Source of the DNA: Takakia lepidozioides
Taxonomy: Eukaryota; Plantae; Bryophyta
Reading direction: 5' to 3'
Assembly (NCBI GenBank): GCA_030704615.1
Contig: CM060734.1
Coordinates: forward strand, 30,008,001-30,072,000
Length of the DNA stretch: 64,000 bases
A program made the position numbers and the translations under genes. The notes beneath the pieces were generated by a model. It did not search any database. It saw only the letters and a program-made list of their open reading frames with translations, and was not told the origin of the DNA. Numbering within the stretch: position 1 is the first letter of the stretch; each line of letters starts with the position of its first letter. Below are positions 50,168 through 62,100 of this stretch, one piece after another.

Positions 50168-51017
50168 GCTTGGCTTGCGGTCCACATACAATGGTACGCC
50201 CATCCTTTTCGGATAGTAGAACTGTACTGCTGCCAGTACCTCAGACTCTGGCCACAGAAAGGTCCGACATATGTCTTGCCTACCAGTAACCTGTTTTGAT
50301 CGAACTAAGATATTACTATATCGTTCACTTGTTTCCACGTGCATGTATTTTTGTATGTTGGAGGGTTCATGTTTTTCTGCTTTCCGAAAACTTGCTCTCC
50401 TCATTCGACCTCCGACAAGGAAATGCGGCGCCGAATTTCCAAGTATCGTCGTAGGTACCCCCAGAGGCGGCCTTCGCCAACACCAAACCGCTCCGAAATT
50501 TCGCACGTGCGAACCCTAATGCGGCACCCTATTTCCCAGTTCAGTTGCAAACCTTTCCCGCCGAATACCCGAAGAAGACAGAATTGTGAAGTACTGCAGA
50601 CTGTATTGGTGCAGACTCCATTGGTTCAATCGCGGCAAAAGGGTCAGCTTCATTCCAATGTTAAGGCATGTAAAACCGCGGAATACTCTATACAGGCCAG
50701 TATGCGACGTCCTTTTGCAGTGGTATACTGGATTTCCCGTTGCACGGTCACTTATTTCCATGAGCGGATCTAAAAACCATGAGCGGACTTGTTACTGACG
50801 ACATATCTTCGCCGCATTACATGATCTGGAACGTCCAAAAACGGCAAGGTCAAATAAAAAACTATTATTTTAATACTTGTTTAATCTGCCGCATTTCCAA
50901 ATTTGGAGGAGTCCGCTCATGAAATCCGCGTATCTTAGACTTCGGCTCACCGCTCATGCGGCTCATGCGGCTCATGGCTCATGGCTCATGGTTTCTGCTC
51001 ATGAAATAGTAAACCTC

Positions 51018-52500
51018 TTACAGGGGACCTCAATTGCAGAGGCCAGTGGCATCTTTTGCAGGCCAACAGCAACCAGGGGTTGGTAGTTGGACATGGAGGA
51101 CCCAATGTCAAAAGAGATTGCCAGAGAGTGAGAAGGTCGGCACAAGCACAGCCTGCCACGTTGCAGTGTGGGGCATATTGTGGCAAGTATGGGCATGGGA
51201 GATGCCCAGTGATGACTTGCATCCTGAGTTGCGCGCAGGCCGTTCCAAAGGAAACAATGGTGGCGGGGGAAGGTGGACCAGCCCAGAGAGGACGAGGTGG
51301 TCGGGCACGAGGTGCAGGGCAAGGGCAAGCTCAACATGGCCAAGGACGCAGAGGTCAGGGTGTTGACCAAGGCATGGCCAACCGGCTTCAGCAGCTAGAG
51401 CAGAGGCTCGCTGCCATGGCTACAGCTCAGGCGGGTACTGGCTCCCAGGCGGGATGGTCCACCTCCTGCTCCTGAGGGAGGAGGAGATATGGGAGGCATG
51501 GGATTCATGTGCAAAGCAGCACTACCACTAGAGCAGGTGGGAGTCTGCTGCAGCCGTGACTCGAGGAGCAGCACGAGTTCCTGAGCCACGAGGTGCAGAG
51601 GGGTTGGATTGGATCCACAACGTGGGGAGGCAAGCCGTCAGGCGAGCTTCCTCAGTCATTCACATGGCGGAGACAGTGTCGACGCCATCCATGGCACCTA
51701 GTTCTCGCCGACTGTTACCGAGGCGGAGGTTACTATGCCATTGGGAGAGCTACACGTGCAGCACTGACACCTGCTACAAGGCTAGTGCAGCCGGTGTGTT
51801 GTTGGGGGCCAGCCACCTCTGTGTGTCAAGCCCCACTATTCTTGGCAACCATGATTGCGACGCCAGGAATAGACCAGCTGCAGTGTCAGACTAGCAGCAA
51901 CACTCTGTGAGAGTGGGGAGGTCACTTCATCTTCTGCGGAGTTAGTGGAAGGTGTAGTGGCAGAGGGATCCTCGGATTTGAGGGTCAAGACTGCCACGGC
52001 TGCGCCATGGCAAAGCTGCAGCTGCCAGGTTGATGGAGCTGCCAGCTAGGCCAGCCTTTGAGCGCGCCATGGTGACACCTGGAGTTGTCTTGTTAGACAA
52101 CCATGAGGGCATTTTCACTTTGAGTGGACCGGCAGGCAAGAAGTACCGGCCACTGCGGGTCTTGTTGGACTCGGGAGCCCAGCCACTGATGTTGGGCAGA
52201 GCTGCTATTGCAGGTTTGGCCTCATGGAGGCGGATATGGAGCCTGTCCTTTCCAGATACAGACATCTCTGGGAGGATCAGAGCAAGGCTTGGGGCATGAT
52301 ACGGCATCAGTTGGCCATTAGACTGCAGCCGGATCATCTATATAGATGGCTCAGTGATGCGGAGTCAAGGCCATTGTGACAGACCGGTCTCTTACGATGT
52401 CCTCGTTGTGGGGGCAGTGTTATATCCCATGGGCTTCACCCTGGATTTTGGGAGGAGTCAGCATCTACAGGCCTGGATGGCAGTCAGGCGATGGTCGCCG
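51018..52500 (+). pseudogene. Family A gag 3' part and aspartic protease, heavily frameshifted
   Basis: CGAYCGKYGHGRC knuckle-like motif; RVLLDSGAQPLML; YDVLVVGAVLYPMGF. Confidence 0.75.
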
Positions 52501-52895
52501 TGCACAGCTCCCTGTGACATTCATTGGGGGTATTGCGGCTGCCCAGCGGGGCAAGATGCCAACACTAGCCGCCTTTACAGCTGCAGTTAGTTGGCCTGGA
52601 GAGTTGCTGGAGGGCAATGCCCATGCAGAGGATGTGCACATCCAGCAGGAGAGCAAGAGGACATGCATGGTACGGCGGAGTTCCTGCCATGGTTGCTCAC
52701 ACTCCATTGTGGGGTACGAGGTAGAGCAAGGATTGCAGCAGCAGCTGCTGAGGGACGGTGCCAAAGCTTGGGTTAGAAGCATTCGTACCGTCAGGAGAGG
52801 AGGGGAGAGAGAGTGCGGTGACTGCCACCAAGACCACCTCAGTTGTCGCCATTGGATACCACACCTCTTGTGTGGCAGTGCCCGGATGAAGGCAT

Positions 52896-53900
52896 ATGCA
52901 TTTGGACTTGTTGTGGCAGGGATCAGGCATTGGATTGGCTGTAGTGCGCAGGCAGTGTTATGAGTTCGACATTACCTGTATGTGGAGCGGGATGAGACTG
53001 CACGACGTGTTCACTGCGCCGTGTTGCTCAGTTGGTACAGCAGACCCTGATTTGTTGACCAGTGTCTGCAGTTCGTGGATACCAACAAGCCTTGCAGCAG
53101 ACATTTCGTTGTTGGGGGCGCAAGATTTGGAGCAGGTTGGCTCCATTGATCTGGTAGTGGCAGGTTGGCCCTGCCAAGGGCATTCATCAGCCGGGCCATA
53201 GCAATGGATTGCGAAGACTCGATTGACGGTCGGTTTTTTGGGAGGATGATGCGGGTTTGCGACCACTTGCAGCTTCATCAAGCTGTATCTCCAGCATACA
53301 TCTTGGGAGAATGTGCCACTGATGGGTGATTCTCGGGCCAGGTGATGGCCAGGTGCATCAAGTCCGGGCGTTAGGCAGTTGTGTCAGCAGTTGGCTGGAT
53401 TCAGCGATCATGGCTTGGGTCAGCAGTGTTGCTGGATGCAGCTGCAGTGGGGTCACGGGCTCATCGTCCACGACTTTGGTGGACTAACTTGATGCCACCC
53501 GCACTGCTCAAGCGTGCATTTGATGGGGTGCAACGGCCAGCACACCTCACCGTGGATGGCATTTTGGACACATGGAGGCAGTCTCAACGTGTGAGACACG
53601 ATGACCGTTTGCCTTTGGCAGTGGTCAACAGGGTGGGTCAACCACGAGCAGCATTACTACACTGCTCAGTTTCCCAGGATCCCATGCTTTTCGGGATAGT
53701 GGACCTGGCCTCTTGTGGGATGCCACTTGCAACAGTTAGTGGAGCCTAATGCCGACGAGCGAGAGCGGGCTATGGGATTTTCCACTGGGACCACGGCGGT
53801 GCTTCTCTTTCTGAGGCATCACGTCGTCAGGTGTTGGGGCAAGCAATGGATCTCAATTGCTTGACCTGGATTATCAGCTTGGCTATGGCTGAGCAACGTA
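52896..53900 (+). pseudogene. Retrotransposon-borne C5 DNA cytosine methyltransferase (DNMT3-like), frameshifted
   Basis: Ordered motifs: I-like LDLLWQGSGIG; IV IDLVVAGWPCQGHS (WPCQG at 53166-53180); VI PAYIL-ENVP (53307-53318); VIII LDAAAVGSRAHRPRLWWTN; IX EPNADERERAMGF; X RRQVLGQAMDL. Confidence 0.9.
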
Positions 53901-54339
53901 GAGTGCGGAGTGCATTTCCCTTGACAATCTCTCTGCCTACCGAGATGGTACAGGCAGCGAGTGGGGGCGAGCCGGTGAGGACCACGGGGTGTAGACATCC
54001 ATGGCACACGTGGGAGGTACTCGAGGTTCAGAGGGAGTTGGCAGCCAAGGCAGCTGTGATGGATGAGGTTGGGGATTCTTCTCGGATGAGGAGGTTCTCA
54101 ATGATGAGATGATGGGGCAGGATGAGGCCTTGTCATTGACTGAGCAGGAAGGGAGTATTGCTCAAGAGGTTGTAGCATAGCAACCACGGGACGCGTCCTC
54201 TACCTCTAAGCCCACTGGACTTAAGGTTGCAGTTACGGAGGACAATTGGGAGCCTGACATTGGACCCATTGTCACCGGAGGAGAGAGACGACGTATATGG
54301 CGGTTCCTGAGGGCTTACAGGAATTGCTTTGCCTTTAGT

Positions 54340-57275
54340 TTGAAGGACTTGGGAGCACTGAAGGGTCAAGAGATTCGTATTGAGTTGGCCACTGACACGC
54401 CAATCTTTCGGAGACCCTATAGATACAGTGACATGGAGAGGTCTTTGATTCAGATGAGGACTCAAGATTTCTGGGAGGCAGGTTTGGTGGAGCTCTCTGG
54501 TGGAGAGTATGCTTCAGCCACAGTGATGCCAGCCAAGAAGGATGTCTATGGCAATTGGACGGAGAGACGTATGTGCGGTGATTACCGACCTGTAAATCGT
54601 CAGACCAAGTTTGATAGGTATGCCATGCCGACACCAGAGGAGATTTTTGATGCCATTGGGCATTCCAAGGTCTTTAGCACGTTGGATTTACGATCCGGAT
54701 ATCACCAGTTGCCGATCAAGGAGGCGGATAAGCAAAAGACGGCATTTTGGGGGATCAATGAGCATGGGAAGGATTGCCTATACCAGTGGCGGTTCTTACC
54801 ATTTGGGCTTAAAAACGCTCCCGCTGAGTTTCAAAGAGTCATGGACAGGATTCTAGCAGGGGTGGAGTTTGCTCGGTGCTACATAGATGACATCATCATC
54901 TTTAGTGCTACGGTGGAGGAGCATGAGAGACACCTTCAGGGGGTATTTGAGCGCTTGAGGACGCATGGATTGAAGTTACATCCGGGCAAGTGCAAGTTTT
55001 TCCACAACCAGATTGAGTATCTGGATCACATGATATATCCTGGAGGATTGGAGGTACAGCAGACTAAGGTAGAGTCCATTGCACAAGTTCCACGCCCCAC
55101 GGATGTGAGCCGAGTTCGAGCTTTCATGGGGTTAGCAAACTATTACAGACGGTTTGTTAAGGGATTTAGTGCCATTGCAAAGGCTCTAACCAAGCTGACC
55201 AAGGTGGACCAGGAGTGGCAGTGGGAAGATGAGCAAGAACAAGCTTTTCAAGAGCTCAAGGCGAGGTTGACCTCGGCGCCCATCTTGAGACGACCTATCA
55301 GGGGGCGTCCTTTTCAGCTGCATACAAATTGGAGCATGCTGGGGCTTGGAGCGGTGCTCACATAGGTGGATGATGAGGGAAGAGAGTTCGTAGTGGCTTA
55401 TGCTAGCTGCTTGAACAATGCTGCAGAGTCTAAGTATAGCTCATATGAGGGAGAATGCTGAGCTGCAGTGTGGGCCGTGGCACACTTCAGGTGCTATCTA
55501 TACGGCAATCTCTTCACCCTTGTCACGGATCACCAACCACTCAAGTGGTTGATGAAGTCAGACAAGCTTACGGGGAAGCTTGCAAGGTGGGCACTCATCC
55601 TTCAAGAGTATGACTTTCAGGTGGTGCATCGACCGGGTTTGGTCAATCGCAATGCAGATGGGTTGAGTCGCAATCCATGCACGAGCCAGCAGGATGACAC
55701 TGGAGCTCGGTGGCATGGTGAGACGGACGAGGAGATGGTGCCCGGATGGCATGCATCTGCATTTCTGTGTATCTTGGCAGCGGAAGGCCAGGTTGGACCT
55801 GCAATAGGGATGACTGTAGATCAAGTGTCTGAGGACCCTGAGGCCAGCAATGAGCAAGGTGACGCCAAAGATATACATGAGGATTCAGTTGTGTTGGACT
55901 ACCTCCGCACTGGAGACACTGCAGCCGCTGTGATTGCCAAGGAGAGGGATCGGATCCTACAACGAGCCAAGAGGTTCAAGTGGGAGGGGACACACCTGCT
56001 CCGAGTATGGGAGGATGGTCAAGTGAGGATTGTGCCTCACCCAACACAGCGGGCACGGTTAGTGCGGCATGCCCATGAGGAGTTGGGGCATTTTGGGGTG
56101 CGACGCACTCATAGTCTACTGCAGGGGCAGTATTGGTGGCGTGGTATGCACACAGAGGTGCAACAATTTGTGGCTAGGTGCATGGTGTGTGACAGGGTGC
56201 GTGCTTCATTCAACGCCCCTACTCCACAATTGCACCATCTTCCGATCATGGGATTGGGCTACAGGTGGAGTCTTGACTTCGCAGGGCCATTGCCACTGAC
56301 CATGCGTCACAACAAGTACGTGTTGGTGATGGTGGAGCACTTCTCCGAGTGGATTGAGTTGGTTCCATTGCCTGATAAGGCTAGTGAGGGAGCTGCGTAT
56401 GCATTCTTGGATTGTGTGCTTAGCCGATTCGGTGCTCCAGCTGAGGCGCTCACGGACCAAGGGAGAGAGTTCTTGGGGGAGTTTCAGGCTTTGTGTGACA
56501 AGGCCTTGATAGACCACCGCACCACTTCTCGGGATCATCCTGAGGCCGATGGCTTGGCAGAGAGAGTTGTTCAGACAGTAAAGAGGGGTTTGCGCAAGTA
56601 TGACTTGCAGAAGGGACACCTAGGAGATTGGGACCTTCAGTTACCCTGGTTAGCCATGGGCTACAGGTTCAGCAAGCAAGCATCACTTGCCTCCTTCTCA
56701 CCATACTTTCTTCTCTTTGGCCGAGAGCCGGATTTGCCTGCATCCATTTGCAGAGAAGCTGCTGCAGTTTTTAACCTTGACGATCCGGACGTGTGGGCAC
56801 ATGCATGTGAGCAGCGTGCAGAGTTGTTCAAGAAAGTCATGCCCATGGCTTTCGAAAACCTTGCCATCGCACAACACCGTGATACGTTGAGGTATGCTAC
56901 CATACGTGGTGGGGAATATCGTCCTGGGGTTCGGAGATTCAACCCTGGTGACTATGTTTACCTGCAGCAGACTGCTCCTACGACCTTGGATGTGACTGCA
57001 TGACGTGTTATTTTGAGGGTCGAGATGGCATAACTTGGAAGGACCATGTGCGTAATTGTGCGCCATGTCACCTTCCGAATGTCGATGGCAGGATTGACCC
57101 AAACCTGGCAGTGGTATCTGCAGGTTTGAGGTGCATGTTGTGTGGGTCTGCTAGAGGGGCAGCCACCATGCTGGTGTGTGATCGATGCTCTAGAGGTTGG
57201 CATATGGGCTGCTTGACTCCACCTCTTGAGATGGTTCCGGATGGGGATTGATTATGTCCACAATGCATTGGATAG
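54340..57275 (+). pseudogene. pol: Family A pol: RT, RNase H, integrase, PHD finger; stops at 55363 and 57249, deletion near 57003
   Basis: LDLRSGYHQ, LPFGLKNAP, YIDDII; integrase and PHD match copy 1. Confidence 0.95.
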
Positions 57276-57535
57276 TGGGAGTGGATACAACCATGGGAGG
57301 CTAACAAGAAATGCAAGGCCAAGCTACTAGGAGACCTTGAACACACGAGATCCTGGCTCAAGTTCACAGATTGCAAGACGGCGACTAACGATGGGGCTAC
57401 TCTTGTACCCGGCCTCTTGGTCTTTAGAGTTTGAGTACAATAGGGACAGTGATAGAGGACTTAGTACGGTTGTGGCTATTACATCTTGTAGCTATCTGGA
57501 GTTAAAGGGACCTATCCACCAGCTAGGGGGGCGAT

Positions 57536-58069
57536 TGTGGCAGACTACTTTATTGTGCATATATGTGTGGTGTGGTTTGGACAACGATGTAGTTGTGTAG
57601 CGATACGTATGCGCACGACAGTTGTCAAGTTAAATAAGCACAGTGTGAAACTAACTAGAATAAAGCTAGTTATTTGTATTTAACACTTGGATTTAGGTCA
57701 AGTGTTAAATCAGGTGTCAAGTTTAGTTTGACACCTGAACTGTCTTATCTTCACGAGAGCGTCAGTCGCGCCGCGCAGCTCATCTCTCTCAAGTTGAGCC
57801 TGCGCGACCGAGCTCCTGCATCGTTTAGGACTGAGTGTGCTTATGATGGGAGTATAGGTTGTTGTGGGGTGGAGTCCCCATAGCTTGGGGTGCCCCTGGC
57901 TCGACTTCTGTTTTAACGAGTGATAGCGATGGATTTCATGTTGTTTCTGGTGTGAACAGTGTGTCTCTTAGCTTGTTCTATCATTGTGGCAGACTACTTT
58001 ATTGTGCATATATGTGTGGTGTGGTTTGGACAGCGATGTAGTTGTGTAGCAATACGTATGCGCACGACA
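57536..58069 (+). repeat. 3' split terminal repeat: X1 57536-57620, GT (GC in other copies), Y 57623-57983, T, X2 57985-58069
   Basis: 85-bp direct repeats flanking Y; preceded by AGGGGGGCGAT. Confidence 0.95.
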
Positions 58070-58279
58070 CACACTCTATCCATGCTCATTTAGGAAAAAA
58101 TAGGGAAAAACTCTAACAACAGGGAAAAACGGGCTGAAATGTGTTGAAGAAGGTACCTTCATTAGCAGCGCCTTGTTCTAACAAATGCACTGCTGCCGCT
58201 GTTGTTTCCAGTTGACCATCTACCCACGTAGCTTTCTTGTAGCTATTGATCCGCAGGGAATCAGAAGTAATCTTGTGTT

Positions 58280-59166
58280 TAAAATCGACCTCTTGGATGA
58301 ATCGTGTTCCATGACACCACCTTGTTTAGCCATAGTGTTGAACACTCCCTCCGCATCCTCAATGCTCGCACAATGGCATACATGTCCACAAGGGTATTGT
58401 TAATAATCAGATCTGGTACAATTCCAGCTTTGGTGATGCAACCATGCACCTCTTTGCCCTTTTCCAGGGCTGCAGGCTTGCACACGCACTGCAAACGCAC
58501 ACAAACATGATGTGGTCGAGCTTCACCCCTTCCCCCATCATCTGCTTTCAGGTCTCCAAAGCCCCATCTCGCGCTCCTGCTCTGCACACCCTGCAAGCAT
58601 CGCATTCCACGACACCACATCTCATTCAGCCATAGTGTTGAACACTCCCTTAGCATCCTCAATGCTCCCACATTTGGCATACATGGCCACCAGAGCAATG
58701 TTCAGGATGACAAATTTTGGTACAATTGCAGATTTGATGAAGTCACCAGGGTCCCTTTGCCTTTTTCTAGGGCTGCCATACGCACTGCAAACTTACACAA
58801 ACGTTATGTCGGCGGCCTTCACCCCTTCCCCCATCATTTGCTCAAAGGTTGGAGCCTCCATCCCGCATCCCTGCTGTGCATACCCTACAAGCATCGCACT
58901 CCACAACACCACATCTCGTTCAGCCATAGAGTTGAACACTGATCCCTTATCTTGATGCACCCACATTTGGCTACATGTCCACCAGGGCAGGGGCAGTGTT
59001 CAGAATGACATATGGTAATCTGATAGGCATTCACCTTTTTGCCTCGGTTGTCCCACCATTGTCTGGGGTCAGAAAAATATTCATTCCACAACTTCTCCTC
59101 GTCTTTGTTACCTGTTTCTGGATACTTTCCTGTTGTCACATTGGCAGTATCATGTCAAAGTCATTC
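58280..59166 (-). pseudogene. Second decayed PLS-class PPR gene with an N-terminal WWDNR (OSB PDF-like) motif
   Basis: LWNEYFSDPRQWWDNRGKKVN; ALEKGKEVHGCITKAGIVPDLIINNTLVDMYA; ERDVV repeats in shifted frames. Confidence 0.85.
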
Positions 59167-62100
59167 TGTCGAGCGGCTTTTACTCACCCCATCCCTTCGC
59201 TATCCGAGGTGGGAACTCTAAGATAGAAGAGTTGGAAATCTCTAAGCACTCAGCCCGCTCAGAACAATCAGTCATGACCTACAGCTAGTGTATCATGGGG
59301 GTGTTTCCTATTTGTACTCCTTCCCGCATTCATGTTAGCGAGTTACCTTACTGTCTACAATTAAGTATTAGTTTGCTTCAGAAATCTATCAAGTTCCATC
59401 CATTCATTCCATAGCTTCACTCAGGTCTCTCTACACAGTGTGAGTATGAAGTATGTATCAGATTAATATCTATCACGTATCAGGCTGAAGCCGTGGTGTC
59501 TCTAATCTACTCTACATTACAATTCTACAGCTTGCATTCATCAAGTAACAACAAATCGTCACTTCTCCTACTCCGTGCTCTTCATCTTTCCACTCAGAGA
59601 TGTGCTCTCCCCTCTATTTCCAAGCCGTGATGCCAGAAGTCCCCCCCCAAGAAGTGATCCCCAGACGTCCCCGCTCTTTGCTTTATCTCCCTACAAGCTA
59701 TTCTAACTGCTTTCCTAACTAACCGTCATCCTTGTAGTACACGTTCCTTTTTCAGATGTCGTTCCCCACAGTCGTTCCCTGCCAATGATAACTGTCCCCC
59801 AGCTGTGCCGAGCTGTGACTGGCTGTATCAGGCTGTGTCGGGCTGTGTCGGGCTGTGACTGGCTATGTCGGGCTGTGTCGGCTGTGCGAAGCTGTGACGG
59901 CTGTGTCGGGCTGTGACTGGCTATGTTGGACTGTGACGGGCTGTGACGGCTGTGTATCTCCCCCCCTAAAGCCTGTTGCTGTCACCCCTAAGGCTCCTGT
60001 TGGTCTCAGTCTGTGTAAAAATTAAGGGTACCCCACAGATCTCGTAAAAGCGTCTAAGTCCCAAGCAGCCCTCTAACATTTACCCCTCCCCCTCTCAAAA
60101 ATCCGTGTCCTCACGGTTTACTGTTTGGGATTAGCAAACCTTTGTGAGCAAGCACCCTTCTGACGTTGAGAGTCTCGTGAAGGACTCCGTGTGGGAGCCC
60201 GTGTCCTGTCACTGGTTGAGGGAGATGATTGAACACTACCTGGAAAGGGAAGGGAAGAGATCTTTCTTTGTACAAGCATTCAACTTCTTATAGTTCACAC
60301 AGACTCTCAGTTTATCATTCTTTTTGGGAACTATCACAATGGGTGACAACCAAGTTGTATACTCTATCGGGTATATAAACTTAGCCTCGGCCAACTTCTT
60401 GATCTCTTCCCCAACCTTCTGTGCATAGTTGGGATTCATTCTGTACCTTGCCTGTTTGATTGGTACTGACCCTGATTCCAGTTCAATCTTATGCTGACAG
60501 ATCTCAGGTGGTATCCCTTTCAGATCCTCATAGCTCCAAGCAAATACATCTCTGTATTTGATGAACAGACTCTTAGCTTCCTCAAAGAATTCTGGCTCCA
60601 AATCAGCCCCTACTTTCACCATTCTCGGTTCCTTCTCAGTTCCCACATTCACTTCTCTCACTTGCTCATCAACTGTGATTGTCCAACCAGTCACTACTTC
60701 ATCCTGTAAACTTACAGTGGCTGGTTCTTCTAGGATTTCCATTTCTCCCTTTTTTTTTTCATAGAAATGTGGTGGGTAACTGCTTGTTTCACCCTCAATT
60801 GGTGTTGCTGTCACTACACCACAGCAGATACCTTTCAAACAACTTAGGCCCTCCAGTTGCATTTCTGCAACCAGCTCCCTCTCTGGGTGTGCAGCGAATA
60901 GGGTAGCTTCCTGCTCCTCATCAAGTCCTCTCCTCCAGTCATACTCTCTGACTCCCCGAGGTCTTCTCGTAGCAGGTAGTCTACTAGATTTCTTTGTGGT
61001 GATTTATATCTTGTGCTTCCCATCATGCACATTAGTAACTGGGAATTCCAGTCATGGAATACCCTGGCCTGTTTCAGCCATGGTCGACCCAGCAATAAGG
61101 AGTAAGCTTCCATGACTTCATCCATTTTCAACACAGTCACTGTGATCTTAAAGATCATCTTTTGAATCTGTATCTTAACTCCTCTTATCAAACCCAATGG
61201 CTGAACACTTCTTTGATCTGCCATTGTGAATGGGGCTGGTTTCATGTTACTTAAACCAAGCTTCTGCCTTAATTGGTCTGTTATGATATTCACTCCAGAG
61301 CCTCCATCTATCAGTACATCAGTCAAGTCTGTGCTTCCAATTCTCAATTGGATTACTGGCATAGAATCATCAAAGTCCATGATTGTTTCTTGCCCTTCTG
61401 GCTTCACAGTATAGCTTGTCACCTTGCTGTTCAGGTTTGTGTTCCCTGTCACATGAGCAATTTGATTAATTGCTTGATACAGTCTCTGCCTACAATGAGG
61501 TGCCACAGCCAATAGCTGTCCAATGATAATCTCCGCTTTGGACTGGCATATTACTTCAGCCAAAGTCCCTTCATTACCCTGCACTTGTACAGCTTCTTTC
61601 TTCACTTCATCCTCACTTACTTCATCTTCTCTTTCAGAATCAGTGGAATCTGCCATAGGGATATCAGTACTCTTCTGCATTTCCCTTATGGTATTAGCCA
61701 CTTCATTGTGCAGTTCCTTCTGATCTCTCCAAGCCTCATCATCTTTAGGCACATCACTGCCATCTTCATTATCATCATCTTCCTCATCTACTATTTAGCT
61801 TTGCTTCTGGTTACTATCATTGTACTTACTTCTGGTACAAATAAATGGCCTAACCATGTGAGCTGCCACCACTGGGCCCTCATTCATAGGAGCTCTCATC
61901 TCATTCTGGTGTCTGATCCAGAATGGACAGGCTGCCTTGCGATGTCCTGGCTGATTACAATAGTAACACAGTTCTTCACCATTGGGTCCTCGCCCTTGAT
62001 CTGCTCTGGGATTATTTCTATAATCCTGATTCCCTGGCTGGTAATTCCCCCTTGGATTACCCTGATAGTTGCCCCTGGGATTGCCTTGGTAATTCCCTCT

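Larger units (their letters stand above)
36336..51017 (+). mobile_element. 14.7-kb Mutator-like DNA transposon with cargo genes; TSD TTACAGGG (8-10 bp, boundary ambiguous)
   Basis: Imperfect TIRs GGGGGCTGCTATTTCATGAGC / GCTCATGAAATAGTAAACCTC; subterminal CATGAGC repeats; TSD at 36328-36335 and 51018-51025; host frame restored on removal. Confidence 0.93.
31214..58069 (+). mobile_element. Full-length family A gypsy (gag-PR-DNMT-RT-RH-INT-PHD), ~12.2 kb plus the nested 14.7-kb MULE
   Basis: 5' Y repeat, continuous gag-pol remnants, 3' X-Y-X; integrase closely matches copy 1. Confidence 0.92.

Noticed and set aside
57536-58069. DIRS/Ngaro/PAT classification based on split direct repeats
   Set aside because: No tyrosine recombinase recognised; pol has gypsy order with protease and DDE integrase, and TSDs are present
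31209-58074. Direct 5-bp TSD around the long family A copy
   Set aside because: Flanks GTCCC and CACAC do not match; they match only as 4-bp TSDs exchanged with the 14056-14956 copy
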